Made by a program: the position numbers and the translations under genes. A DNA stretch of 64,000 nucleotides from a virus (lineage: Duplodnaviria; Caudoviricetes): IMG/VR virus record IMGVR_UViG_3300042469_000068, positions 20,508-84,507 of that record; one strand, given 5' to 3'. Every line of letters starts with the position of its first letter. The stretch's first letter is position 1. Shown here piece by piece: positions 8,527 through 18,694 of the stretch. A model generated the notes under the pieces. That model did no database searches. It saw only the letters and a program-made list of their open reading frames with translations, and was not told the origin of the DNA.

Positions 8527-9630
8527 TCAGGTTGTGTAGAATTGAAAAGCAATGGCTCCATTAAAGCCATCTATACCTGATCCTACTGTGTTTTTTCCAT
8601 AACCACCTATACCATAATTATTCCAGTCTGGACCACCAAAATTTGGATAGGTATAAGATGTCTGGCCTACTGTGCCCGTCTGACCCGAAAGACTGTATAG
8701 GAGATATGAGCCTGCAAAATAATTAGAGCCGCCACCGCCGCCACCACCGCCTTGGTTGGCAGACCAACCGCCGCCACCTCCACCGTACCAACCGGAACCG
8801 CCGCCACCTCCGCCGCCGCCTTCATTGCCGCGCTGGCCGCCACGACCGCCGCCGCCTGCGCCGCCGAGTGGACCAGTATTGTTGGCATATGCGGCAATAC
8901 CACCTGCCAAAAATCCGCCGGTGCCGCCAGTGCCGCTTTGACCACTACCTCCAGTACCACTACCTCCAGCACCAGCAGTTCCTCCAGATGCCGCAGAACC
9001 TCCAGCCGAAGAACCGGTTGCTCCTGCATTCTGACCGGCCACACCGTTTGAGCTACCACCACCGCCAGGACCACCACTATCGTTAGAAGCAGATCCAGTG
9101 CCGCCACCGCCGCCACCGCCGGCAATAATACAAATATAGGGTTGGCCAGCCCGCGAGTTATTTCTTACCCATGAAGCGCCTCCGCCGGATCCGCCTTCAC
9201 CAGCAAATGGTGATACACCGGCAGCGTCTCCGCGAATTCCTTTACCACCAACATTAAAGGACAGAGTTTCGCCGGCAACCGCATCACATATGCCCCACAC
9301 AAAACCACCAGCGCCGCCAGGCCCTGATACATTTAAAGAACCAGAACCTCTGCCTCCTGAACCACCTCCGCCACCCCATGCTTTTATACCAACCAACAAT
9401 GTTCCTGCTGGTACGACAAGAGTTGATTGACCGGCGGTAGTATATACTGTCGAATAAGCAGGAGGCCATGATTTACCCCAACCACTTGACATTGAAATAG
9501 GATTTACCCATTCACTAAACAATGTTCTTAGGTAAATATCACTCATAGCAATTGGAGTTTGACTTGCTCGACCAAACTCGGTGTTTACATTATTGAGGCT
9601 AATTGCATTAGGTGATGTTGGTAGTACCAT
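8527..9630 (-). CDS. glycine-rich virion/fibre-associated protein
   Basis: N-term LP...ISL..VNTEFG...I.MSD typical of phage fibre tip proteins; VVPAG...AWGGGGG glycine-rich domain. Confidence 0.65.
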   Translation of the reverse strand: MVLPTSPNAISLNNVNTEFGRASQTPIAMSDIYLRTLFSEWVNPISMSSGWGKSWPPAYSTVYTTAGQSTLVVPAGTLLVGIKAWGGGGGSGGRGSGSLNVSGPGGAGGFVWGICDAVAGETLSFNVGGKGIRGDAAGVSPFAGEGGSGGGASWVRNNSRAGQPYICIIAGGGGGGGTGSASNDSGGPGGGGSSNGVAGQNAGATGSSAGGSAASGGTAGAGGSGTGGSGQSGTGGTGGFLAGGIAAYANNTGPLGGAGGGGRGGQRGNEGGGGGGGGSGWYGGGGGGWSANQGGGGGGGGSNYFAGSYLLYSLSGQTGTVGQTSYTYPNFGGPDWNNYGIGGYGKNTVGSGIDGFNGAIAFQFYTT

Positions 9631-9652
9631 TTATTTACAACTTACGCTTAAT

Positions 9653-9952
9653 CTATTCAACAATAACAGCATTAACTGAAGCTCTAGCAATAGCAATTGC
9701 TTCATTTGCTTCATAATTCATTACAATAGTTTTAATATTATCGATAGACATTTGGCGAACTTTTGCAAGCAACTCTTCAGGAGTAAGTTCCCTAGTTGTT
9801 GGTATCTGTCGCGTCTCAAGTTCGCCAGTTAACGGATTTGCTACTTCTTCTGTTATAGTTTCAAAGGCAGGACCAAAGTGCTTTCTTAAAGCTGCTCTAA
9901 TTCTATCCATATGTTCATCTGCTACAGAAAATTCAATAGTAAAAGTTGCCAT
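9653..9952 (-). CDS. hypothetical protein (fibre-associated)
   Basis: ORF with SD (GAGG) lying between two fibre genes. Confidence 0.6.
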   Translation of the reverse strand: MATFTIEFSVADEHMDRIRAALRKHFGPAFETITEEVANPLTGELETRQIPTTRELTPEELLAKVRQMSIDNIKTIVMNYEANEAIAIARASVNAVIVE

Positions 9953-9986
9953 TTATTTTTTTCCTCAATGAAAACGTTGACAGTTG

Positions 9987-12900
9987 TTATTTATTTCTAA
10001 GTTCTTCTATTTGTTCTTGAAGATCATCAATCTTATTTGACATTTCTTTAATAGCTTCAATAAGCAGGGGCACAAGTTTATCATAAGCAACTGTTTTATA
10101 TGGATCTCCATCAGGAGATATATGTACGCTATCACTTATAAGTTCAGGAGCAACATATGCTACTTCATGCGCGAGTATACCAAAGTCTGCTTTTCCAGGT
10201 GAACCCACTATATCTGGAAGGTCTTTCCACGTGAATCGAACGCCGTTGAGCTTCTTAATTTTATATAGAGAATTCTCAAGCGGTGTAATATTTTCTTTGA
10301 GACGAATATCCGAATACGCAGTAATATTACCTGCCGCTGTCATATCACCAGTTGCTAGATATACATACCATCTCCATGAAGATGCCGACCAACCACCCAT
10401 ACCCATATATCCATCAGGACGAAGATGTAGTTTCGCGCCATATTGACCAGAACAATGAAAAGCGAGAACGGCTGCGGCAGCTTCGCCGGTACCGCCACCA
10501 TTTTCTATCATAATTTGTCCGGAAGAATCATTTGATCCTGCTGTACTAGCACCAAAAGCACCAGCCCAGAACGTTTTATTATTATAAACTTTGACTTGAC
10601 TACTATTATTCATATAGATGCCGCCGCCGTGAGTTGAGCTAAACCAACCAGTATCACCGGTTGAACGGAACCAGTCTCCACAATTGAATGAATTAGAATA
10701 CGCATATCCTGTCGCAGCATTGAAACTTAGTTTTGTTGTTGTAACTTTAGGAACCTCAGAACTACCCGCAGCACCAACCATAACTGGATAAAGCGTTGTT
10801 GTAGTTGTATCGTTTGTTGCTGTAATAGTTGTTGCCCCGCCAACCTCGCCCATTGGACCAAAGTTAAGAGAGGTAAGACCGCCTCCTACATTGCTGAAAG
10901 AGCTATCAAGATATAACGCACTACCTATTGCTCTAGCAACAGTTCTTATAAGTGAACCATCTTTAAAATAACGAATATTTGCGCCATCGTATGTGATCGT
11001 GAAAGTTGAACCAATATGGCTGCCATGAGCACTAACATATACTCCACTTTCACGAATTTCACATTGATAGTCTGTACCTGGTCCATCACCAAGAAGGTAC
11101 CAAGCATAGTCTGTACTTGCGAAACCAGCATCTGCGGCCGGATCAGAGTTAAGTCCAAAAATTACATCAGAATCGGCTTGCGATGCTGATGCTGTAACAT
11201 AAACTCCTCTAGCATAACCTTGTTGAGAATACACTTGGCCATCAAATACATTATCGAAACCTGAAGTTTTAACAAATGTTGATGGACCGGTTTGTGTAAC
11301 ACCGCCTGTCATAATTGGAGTCCAACCAGGGGTACCAAATGCGCCCTGAAGACCTTGAATGCTTTGAGGACCTTGAATACCCTGAATACCTTGAAGACCC
11401 TGTATACCTTGAGAAGTGCCAGATGATCCTTGAATACTTAGACCTTGAATACCTTGAATACCCTGTATACCTTGAGAAGTGCCAGCGGGACCTTGAATAC
11501 TTAGTCCTTGGATACCTTGAATACCCTGTATACCTTGAGAAGTGCCGGATGCTCCTTGAACACTTGCGCCTTGAATACCTTGACGACCTTGTAGTCCTTG
11601 TGTTCCTTGAGTGCCTTGAATGCCTTGAATGCCTTGAGTGCCCTGAATACCTTGACGACCCTGTATACCCTGATGACCTTGTATACCTAGAGTGCCTTGA
11701 GTGCCCTGAATACCTTGACGACCCTGTATACCCTGTATACCTTGAGAAGTGCCAGATGGTCCTTGGATACCCTGAGTGCTTTGAGTGCCCTGAATACCCT
11801 GGAATCCATTAGCGCCTTGAGTTCCTTGGATACCTTGAGTGCCTTGACGACCCTGTATACCTTGAATACCTTGATGGCCTTGTATACCTAAAGTGCCTTG
11901 AATGCCTTGAATGCCATTAGCGCCCTGAATGCCTTGAATGCCTTGAGAAGTACCAGATGGTCCTTGGATACCCTGAATACTCTGAGTACCTTGAATGCCC
12001 TGACGACCCTGTATACCCTGTATACCTTGATGACCTTGTATACCTAGAGTGCCTTGAATACCCTGTATACCTTGGATACCTTGATTGCTTGTTCCTTGAA
12101 TACCCTGGAACCCGTTAGCTCCTTGAATGCCTTGACGACCTTGAATACCTTGAGTTCCTTGAATACCTTGGAACCCGTTAGCGCCTTGAAGACCTTGTAT
12201 ACCATTAGCGCCCTGGATGCCCTGAATACCTTGAATGCCTTGATTGCTTGTTCCCTGAATACCTTGGAACCCGTTAGCGCCTTGGATGCCTTGACGACCT
12301 TGAATACCTTGATTGCTTGTTCCCTGAATACCTTGGAACCCGTTAGCTCCTTGAATGCCTTGAGTGCCTTGAAGTCCCTGGAATCCATTGGCACCTTGAA
12401 TGCCTTGACGACCTTGAATACCTTGAGTTCCTTGAATACCTTGGAATCCGTTAGCGCCTTGAATGCCTTGAGTGCCTTGGAATCCATTTGAGCCTTGGAT
12501 GCCTTGAATGCCTTGAATACCTTGATTGCTTGTTCCCTGAATACCCTGGAATCCATTGGCACCTTGAATGCCTTGACGACCTTGAATACCTTGAGTTCCT
12601 TGAATACCTTGGAATCCGTTAGCACCTTGAGTTCCCTGAATACCTTGGAAACCATTGGCACCCTGAGTACCTTGGATACCCTGGAACCCGTTAGCTCCTT
12701 GGATGCCTTGACGACCTTGAAGTCCTTGTACACCTTGAATGCCCTGGAATCCGTTAGCACCTTGAATACCTTGAGTGCCATTAGCTCCTTGAGTTCCTTG
12801 GATGCCTTGACGACCTTGAAGTCCTTGTACACCTTGAATACCCTGGAATCCATTTGCGCCTTGAAGACCTTGTGTACCTTGAATACCTTGGAATCCATTT

Positions 12901-15683
12901 GAGCCTTGGATGCCTTGACGACCTTGAAGTCCTTGTACACCTTGAATACCCTGGAATCCATTTGCGCCTTGAAGACCTTGTGTACCTTGAATGCCATTAG
13001 CACCTTGAGTGCCTTGAATACCTTGGAATCCGTTAGCACCTTGAGTACCTTGAATACCTTGGAATCCGTTAGCGCCTTGAGTTCCTTGAATACCCTGGAA
13101 TCCATTTGCGCCTTGAAGACCTTGTGTACCTTGAATGCCATTAGCACCTTGAGTGCCTTGAATACCTTGGAATCCGTTAGCGCCTTGAGTACCTTGACGA
13201 CCTTGAAGTCCTTGTACACCTTGGATACCCTGAAAACCATTGGCTCCTTGAATGCCTTGAAACCCATTAGCGCCTTGAATACCTTGTCTTCCTTGAAGTC
13301 CCTGTGTGCCTTGAATACCTTGGAATCCGTTAGCACCTTGAATACCTTGAGTGCCATTTGCGCCTTGTGTGCCTTGAATACCTTGGAATCCGTTAGCGCC
13401 TTGAAGACCTTGTATACCTTGTATACCTTGGGCGCCCTGTACACCATTTACACCGTCTATTGCCTCACCCTTTGGTCCTTGAAGACCATCAGCACCTTGA
13501 ATGCCTTGTATACCCTGAGAGCCTCTAGTACCTTGAATACCTTGGAATCCGTTAGCACCTTGAATACCTTGAATGCCATTTGCGCCCTGAGTACCTTGAA
13601 TGCCTTGGAATCCATTAGCACCTTGGATACCTTGTATACCATTTGCTCCTTGGATACCCTGAGTTCCTTGGATGCCTTGAAATCCATTAGCGCCTTGAAT
13701 GCCTTGAATGCCTTGACGACCCTGTATACCTTGAGTGCCTTGTATGCCTTGGAATCCGTTAGCGCCTTGAATGCCTTGAATACCTTGAGTACCTTGACGA
13801 CCCTGTATACCTTGAGTGCCTTGTATGCCTTGGAATCCGTTAGCGCCTTGAATGCCTTGAATACCTTGAGTACCTTGAAGTCCTTGTACACCTTGAATAC
13901 CTTGGAATCCGTTAGCACCTTGAATACCTTGAGTGCCTTGAATGCCTTGGAATCCGTTTGCACCTTGGGTACCCTGTGTGCCTTGAAATCCCTGAGTACC
14001 CTGAATGCCTTGGAATCCATTGGCGCCTTGGATACCCTGAATACCGTTAGCACCTTGAGTGCCTTGAATACCCTGGAATCCATTTGCGCCTTGAATGCCT
14101 TGGAATCCATTTGCTCCTTGTAGACCCTGAGTTCCTTGAAGTCCCTGGAATCCATTTGCGCCTTGTGTGCCTTGAATACCTTGAGTGCCTTGACGACCCT
14201 GAATACCCTGTGTACCTTGTATGCCTTGGAATCCATTAGCACCTTGGATGCCTTGTATGCCTTGAATACCTTGTATGCCTTGGAATCCATTTGCACCCTG
14301 AGTTCCCTGTATACCCTGTATACCATTCGCGCCCTGAATTCCTTGAGTGCCTTGAATACCCTGAATACCATTAGCCCCTTGAGTGCCTTGTATACCTTGA
14401 GTGCCTTGTATGCCTTGGAAACCATTAGCGCCCTGAATACCTTGAGTTCCCTGTATACCTTGAGTTCCCTGAATACCTTGGAATCCATTGGCACCCTGAG
14501 TACCTTGGATGCCTTGAATACCATTAGCACCCTGAATACCTTGAGTTCCCTGAATACCTTGAGTTCCCTGAATACCTTGGAAACCATTTGCGCCTTGAAG
14601 TCCTTGAATACCCTGTGTACCTTGAGTACCTTGAATGCCCTGTATACCATTAGCGCCTTGAGTGCCTTGAATACCTTGGAATCCGTTAGCGCCTTGGATA
14701 CCTTGTCTTCCTTGAAGTCCCTGTGTACCTTGTATGCCTTGGAATCCGTTAGCGCCTTGAATGCCTTGAATGCCTTGAATACCATTAGCGCCTTGAAGTC
14801 CTTGAGTACCTTGAAGTCCTTGAAGTCCTTGAAGTCCTTGAATACCTTGAGTGCCCTGAATACCTAAATCACCCTGAATGCCTTGGATGCCTTGAATACC
14901 CAAATCGCCCTGAATGCCTTGAGTGCCTTGAGTACCTTGAATGCCTTGAAAACCATTAACACCTTGAATGCCTTGGATGCCCTGAATACCTTGAGTACCA
15001 GTTTCACCCTGTATACCCTGAATACCTTGAGTACCAGTTTCACCCTGTATACCCTGTATACCCTGAATGCCTTGAATACCTAAATCGCCTTGAAGTCCTT
15101 GTAGGCCTTGAGTTCCTTGAATACCCTGGAATCCATTGGCACCTTGGATACCTTGAATACCCTGAATGCCTAAATCACCTTGAATACCTTGAATACCTTG
15201 GGTACCAGTTTCACCTTGGATACCTTGTAGACCCTGAATACCTAAATCGCCTTGAATACCTTGTAGACCTTGAGTACCGGTTTCACCCTGGATACCTTGT
15301 AGACCCTGAATTCCTTGGAGTCCTTGAGTACCCTGAGTGCCCTGAATACCTAAATCGCCTTGAAGTCCCTGAGTACCTTGAAGACCCTGAGTACCAGTTG
15401 TGCCTTGTGGACCTTGAATGCCTTGAAAACCTAGATCGCCTTGAACACCTTGAATGCCTTGATCGCCTTGAAGTCCTTGAATGCCCTGGATACCTTGGAT
15501 ACCTTGAGCGCCGCCACTATTTCTCCAAATAATACCATCACTATGCCAACGAATGCCATCGTCAGTTTGAACCTGCTTACCAACATAAGCAGCAGGATCT
15601 AAATCTGCCAAAGACGCCAAAGGTATGATGTAGAGACCATCGTCAGCAGGATAGCTGCGGCCTGATAAGAACTTTTCAATCAC
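9987..15683 (-). CDS. giant collagen-like tail/capsid fibre with C-terminal peptidase S74 intramolecular chaperone
   Basis: About 1390 aa of Gly-X-Y (mostly GIQ/GTQ/GLQ/GFQ/GAN), globular tip domains, and YSDIRLKENI...G.LAHEV...YDKLVPLLIEAIKE coiled-coil (S74 signature). Confidence 0.88.
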   Translation of the reverse strand: MIEKFLSGRSYPADDGLYIIPLASLADLDPAAYVGKQVQTDDGIRWHSDGIIWRNSGGAQGIQGIQGIQGLQGDQGIQGVQGDLGFQGIQGPQGTTGTQGLQGTQGLQGDLGIQGTQGTQGLQGIQGLQGIQGETGTQGLQGIQGDLGIQGLQGIQGETGTQGIQGIQGDLGIQGIQGIQGANGFQGIQGTQGLQGLQGDLGIQGIQGIQGIQGETGTQGIQGIQGETGTQGIQGIQGIQGVNGFQGIQGTQGTQGIQGDLGIQGIQGIQGDLGIQGTQGIQGLQGLQGLQGTQGLQGANGIQGIQGIQGANGFQGIQGTQGLQGRQGIQGANGFQGIQGTQGANGIQGIQGTQGTQGIQGLQGANGFQGIQGTQGIQGTQGIQGANGIQGIQGTQGANGFQGIQGTQGIQGTQGIQGANGFQGIQGTQGIQGTQGANGIQGIQGTQGIQGANGIQGIQGTQGANGFQGIQGIQGIQGIQGANGFQGIQGTQGIQGRQGTQGIQGTQGANGFQGLQGTQGLQGANGFQGIQGANGFQGIQGTQGANGIQGIQGANGFQGIQGTQGFQGTQGTQGANGFQGIQGTQGIQGANGFQGIQGVQGLQGTQGIQGIQGANGFQGIQGTQGIQGRQGTQGIQGIQGANGFQGIQGTQGIQGRQGIQGIQGANGFQGIQGTQGIQGANGIQGIQGANGFQGIQGTQGANGIQGIQGANGFQGIQGTRGSQGIQGIQGADGLQGPKGEAIDGVNGVQGAQGIQGIQGLQGANGFQGIQGTQGANGTQGIQGANGFQGIQGTQGLQGRQGIQGANGFQGIQGANGFQGIQGVQGLQGRQGTQGANGFQGIQGTQGANGIQGTQGLQGANGFQGIQGTQGANGFQGIQGTQGANGFQGIQGTQGANGIQGTQGLQGANGFQGIQGVQGLQGRQGIQGSNGFQGIQGTQGLQGANGFQGIQGVQGLQGRQGIQGTQGANGTQGIQGANGFQGIQGVQGLQGRQGIQGANGFQGIQGTQGANGFQGIQGTQGANGFQGIQGTQGIQGRQGIQGANGFQGIQGTSNQGIQGIQGIQGSNGFQGTQGIQGANGFQGIQGTQGIQGRQGIQGANGFQGLQGTQGIQGANGFQGIQGTSNQGIQGRQGIQGANGFQGIQGTSNQGIQGIQGIQGANGIQGLQGANGFQGIQGTQGIQGRQGIQGANGFQGIQGTSNQGIQGIQGIQGTLGIQGHQGIQGIQGRQGIQGTQSIQGIQGPSGTSQGIQGIQGANGIQGIQGTLGIQGHQGIQGIQGRQGTQGIQGTQGANGFQGIQGTQSTQGIQGPSGTSQGIQGIQGRQGIQGTQGTLGIQGHQGIQGRQGIQGTQGIQGIQGTQGTQGLQGRQGIQGASVQGASGTSQGIQGIQGIQGLSIQGPAGTSQGIQGIQGIQGLSIQGSSGTSQGIQGLQGIQGIQGPQSIQGLQGAFGTPGWTPIMTGGVTQTGPSTFVKTSGFDNVFDGQVYSQQGYARGVYVTASASQADSDVIFGLNSDPAADAGFASTDYAWYLLGDGPGTDYQCEIRESGVYVSAHGSHIGSTFTITYDGANIRYFKDGSLIRTVARAIGSALYLDSSFSNVGGGLTSLNFGPMGEVGGATTITATNDTTTTTLYPVMVGAAGSSEVPKVTTTKLSFNAATGYAYSNSFNCGDWFRSTGDTGWFSSTHGGGIYMNNSSQVKVYNNKTFWAGAFGASTAGSNDSSGQIMIENGGGTGEAAAAVLAFHCSGQYGAKLHLRPDGYMGMGGWSASSWRWYVYLATGDMTAAGNITAYSDIRLKENITPLENSLYKIKKLNGVRFTWKDLPDIVGSPGKADFGILAHEVAYVAPELISDSVHISPDGDPYKTVAYDKLVPLLIEAIKEMSNKIDDLQEQIEELRNK
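11330..15510 (-). repeat. 9-bp-periodic collagen coding repeat (GGN NNN CAA/G)
   Basis: Continuous ccttga/atacc periodicity with higher-order units such as GANGFQGIQGTQ and GTSNQ. Confidence 0.95.
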
Positions 15684-16183
15684 GGAATAACACCTACATG
15701 TTCTGCTGATGCTTGTTCATTTGCTGATGCCCACACTTGAAAACTAGCAGTATTGCCTGCTCTAACGTAAAGAATATCACCGTTAGTAGTAAAAGTGGTG
15801 ATACCATTAGCATTTAATACATTTCTTTTAACAAGGGAACGTCCTTGGATAGGTATAGCAACAGATTCGCCCGCAGGCACAGTTATTCTTCCAAAAGCAT
15901 CGTTGTTAGCAGTTCCGCCTTCAGGTCTAAATCTAACTTCAATCCAATCTGTTCCTGCTGTAATATTCTTAGCAACTAATGGAGTAAGAAAGAATAATTC
16001 TCCTGCTGCAATACCTCTTGTTCCATCAGCAAGATCACGACTACCCGGATAAGCTGAACGTGAAGGATCAGGAACTGAAAAATCTGGTGCTTCTGCTATG
16101 TTAATCCACTCTGTACCTACACTATTGTTTTGAACGCTTATAGGTTTACCTGTAGATGGTTGTCTGCATTTTATTGTTGTCAT
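15680..16183 (-). CDS. hypothetical virion structural protein
   Basis: Beta-rich ORF coupled to its neighbours in the fibre operon. Confidence 0.55.
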   Translation of the reverse strand: MTTIKCRQPSTGKPISVQNNSVGTEWINIAEAPDFSVPDPSRSAYPGSRDLADGTRGIAAGELFFLTPLVAKNITAGTDWIEVRFRPEGGTANNDAFGRITVPAGESVAIPIQGRSLVKRNVLNANGITTFTTNGDILYVRAGNTASFQVWASANEQASAEHVGVIP

Positions 16184-18036
16184 CCAAATCCTCCGAATGT
16201 AATAGCCGCACGAATGGCTTCACGTTTAGTTGGCGCAATAAAACCTCTTCCGCCCATACCAAATCTAGCATCAATTAAAACATCACCAGCAAAGATAGCA
16301 TTACCATCACTATCTTGTCCTGTCGCAATAACAATAGCACCATTCGATTCTAGGATGCTATCTCGAATTGGCAATCTAGCCTCAGCAGGAGGAATCTTGA
16401 TTGCCCAAACACCAATCATTGTAGCAGTCCAAGTATGACCAATAGCTTCAATTCTACTTGGTTCAACTCTAGTTACAGGACTCAATATAGTTGATTGAAC
16501 ACTTGCTGTTGCTGTATTTATAGCCTGTCTAGCATTAGTATTTAGTGGGAGTTTATTAAGTTCATCTCTCATAAAATTATAACTATGATTGAAGGCTGCT
16601 GTTTTATCGGCAGTAAATACTAAATTACCAGTGGCATCAAATAGAACAGATTGGAATCTGTCGATCATATCAGTAGAGCCGCCTTTTATCATATATTCTA
16701 CTGAGCGAAGCCACACATCGGAATCAAATCGTGTGTAATTTTCATCGTCAGGTAAAGTCCAACTACCAGTAATATATCCTTGGGAAACCAAATTGCTCCA
16801 CAATCCATCTACGATTGTTGTTCTATTTGTAGAAATTAGATTTGCGGCTGTAGTGTTTGATGTGACATCTACAACAGTATCATAAGGAATACCAATTCTT
16901 CTTGATCCATCAGCAACTAATGAATAGTCGCCAAACTGTGTAGAACATGAACTGAGAATAATTTGTCCGCCACTCATGGCCAAGAAGTGTTTGTGTGCCC
17001 ACATAGAGATAGCGTTAACAGCGTTGATCAGACCACCGTTCTTCGCACAGTAGCCAATACCGTTGTAAGAAACGGGAGTAGCACCCCATGTCATGATGTT
17101 AGGGAAGATTGAATATTGAGAACAGACCATACCGTCAGCAAGACAAACGCCTGCGCCTAATGGAAATCCTGGATTAGGAGGATTCGATAATGGATCTAAA
17201 GTGCCGCCAGTAAACCCTTCAGGTTGTGCGCTACGAACAGCACACTTGTGCGCGTACGGTACGCGCGTGATGACTGCACCAGGTCTAAAACTAAAAGCAA
17301 ATCCTTCTGTTGGATTTGTCAGACTATCAAGTCTAAAGTTTTCAATAATGAACCCTTCGATGAAACAACCTGATCCCATACGGAATACATTTTTTACTTC
17401 GGATCCAGCTTTAGGACGAATAAATACTGCTCTATGAACGCCTTGAAGAATACAATTGTCAGGAAGGTCTATATGCCCATGTGTTTCATAGATGCCAGGT
17501 CCCACTTTAATGATTGTTAGTTCATTTCTTAGCGTAGCAACTTCAACGGCTTTTTCTATAGTTTGGAAAGGAGCATATTCACTTGAACCATCATTTGCTG
17601 TGTCACTACCTGATGTAGCAACATATATCGTTTTTGCGATTGATGGAAGAGCACCAGGTAGACCAACATCACCAACGTTTACCCAAACACCTGCGCGACG
17701 AATTTGTAGAAAGTCTGTCTCTTCATTATAGATAACAAGACCGTCTGGTGGATTAGGAACACTTTCTCTTTCGAGAGTTGTTAGACGAGGAAAAAGAATA
17801 CCCTGATTCTTTGACCATGCTTCAATAACAGCAGCAGGATTTCTTGTGGCTGTATTACCAACACGAAGATCACCTGATTTGTATACTACAAACTTTGAAT
17901 TTGAATTTACTTCGAAGTTTAAAAGAGTAGAATTTGCGGATGAGTTAACATCGTTGACACTCATTCTTATGGCGTTGTTTACAGATACGGATGATGTTAT
18001 CCATGTCGCGCCTAAATTAGATAAAGGTACTGCCAT
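16180..18036 (-). CDS. virion structural protein with pectin-lyase-like beta-helix region
   Basis: GILFPRLTT...P.PDGLVIYN motif; IYVATSGSD.NDG....PFQTIEKA followed by IKVGPGIY. Confidence 0.6.
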   Translation of the reverse strand: MAVPLSNLGATWITSSVSVNNAIRMSVNDVNSSANSTLLNFEVNSNSKFVVYKSGDLRVGNTATRNPAAVIEAWSKNQGILFPRLTTLERESVPNPPDGLVIYNEETDFLQIRRAGVWVNVGDVGLPGALPSIAKTIYVATSGSDTANDGSSEYAPFQTIEKAVEVATLRNELTIIKVGPGIYETHGHIDLPDNCILQGVHRAVFIRPKAGSEVKNVFRMGSGCFIEGFIIENFRLDSLTNPTEGFAFSFRPGAVITRVPYAHKCAVRSAQPEGFTGGTLDPLSNPPNPGFPLGAGVCLADGMVCSQYSIFPNIMTWGATPVSYNGIGYCAKNGGLINAVNAISMWAHKHFLAMSGGQIILSSCSTQFGDYSLVADGSRRIGIPYDTVVDVTSNTTAANLISTNRTTIVDGLWSNLVSQGYITGSWTLPDDENYTRFDSDVWLRSVEYMIKGGSTDMIDRFQSVLFDATGNLVFTADKTAAFNHSYNFMRDELNKLPLNTNARQAINTATASVQSTILSPVTRVEPSRIEAIGHTWTATMIGVWAIKIPPAEARLPIRDSILESNGAIVIATGQDSDGNAIFAGDVLIDARFGMGGRGFIAPTKREAIRAAITFGGFG

Positions 18037-18374
18037 TAATCTTCTACCACCAAATGTGTTGTTTGATAATCTTGGCTAGGTAGACCAGTGAAGTGATAGT
18101 CTTCTGCCACGATTTTTCCATTTCCATCATATATAACAATCGGTAATATCACTTCCCAATATGTAGGTTCATAATACATATCGTAATCGTAAGAAATATT
18201 AAACTCAGAAACAGTCAATTCTGTTCCTGATTCATCACCGATAATAACATCGCCCACTTCAAATACAGGACCGTATATATCATAAAGAACTACTAAGCCA
18301 GTATCAGGATAAAAGTTCTTTACTCTTGCTGTAGTATTACCTGATCTTACGGTCTCATTGAAGTTCCAATTCAT
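18036..18374 (-). CDS. hypothetical protein
   Basis: ORF overlapping both neighbours; FEVGDVIIGDESG resembles the small beta domain seen in T4-like structural proteins. Confidence 0.55.
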   Translation of the reverse strand: MNWNFNETVRSGNTTARVKNFYPDTGLVVLYDIYGPVFEVGDVIIGDESGTELTVSEFNISYDYDMYYEPTYWEVILPIVIYDGNGKIVAEDYHFTGLPSQDYQTTHLVVED

Positions 18375-18694
18375 TTACCACCACCAGCTGCTCCACCATA
18401 GACAAGAACCTGGTATGAGTGTCCTAGTGGATTAGTAGATCCTGCCGGATGTTCATAAATACAATCCTCAAGATCCCCAGCGGCAGCATCTCCCATCGCA
18501 CATATGATCTTTTTTCCAGATATCTCAACACACTTTGATCCATATACAGCAGATAAAGCACCTTGATTACAATGATCGTTTTTATCGCCTTCAACAGCCC
18601 ATAACAATCCGTTAACAAGAACCTTATCTTGTCCTGTTACATTTGTTTTGGCACCGCAAAATCTTTTGTCTGTATCTCTATGGGCTCCTGGCAC
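18371..18694 (-). CDS. PAAR-like spike tip protein (gp5.4-like)
   Basis: GAHRDTD..CGA, VLVNG...AVEGD..DH, V.ISGK....GD, H, VLVYG. Confidence 0.8.
   Translation of the reverse strand: MPGAHRDTDKRFCGAKTNVTGQDKVLVNGLLWAVEGDKNDHCNQGALSAVYGSKCVEISGKKIICAMGDAAAGDLEDCIYEHPAGSTNPLGHSYQVLVYGGAAGGGK

Noticed and set aside
8667-9125. Pro-rich and Ala/Val-rich ORFs overlapping the glycine-rich gene (also 62723..63859)
   Set aside because: Shadow frames of GGN-rich coding sequence.
11315-15083. Long alternative-frame and antisense ORFs (e.g. 12044..13447, 13457..14785, 12906..14123) inside the collagen gene
   Set aside because: They arise automatically from the 9-bp GGN-NNN-CAA repeat lacking stops in other frames; no RBS or promoter and only repeat-shadow sequence.
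11330-15510. CRISPR-like or satellite repeat
   Set aside because: The periodicity is codon-based with no unique spacers; it is fully explained by Gly-X-Gln coding.
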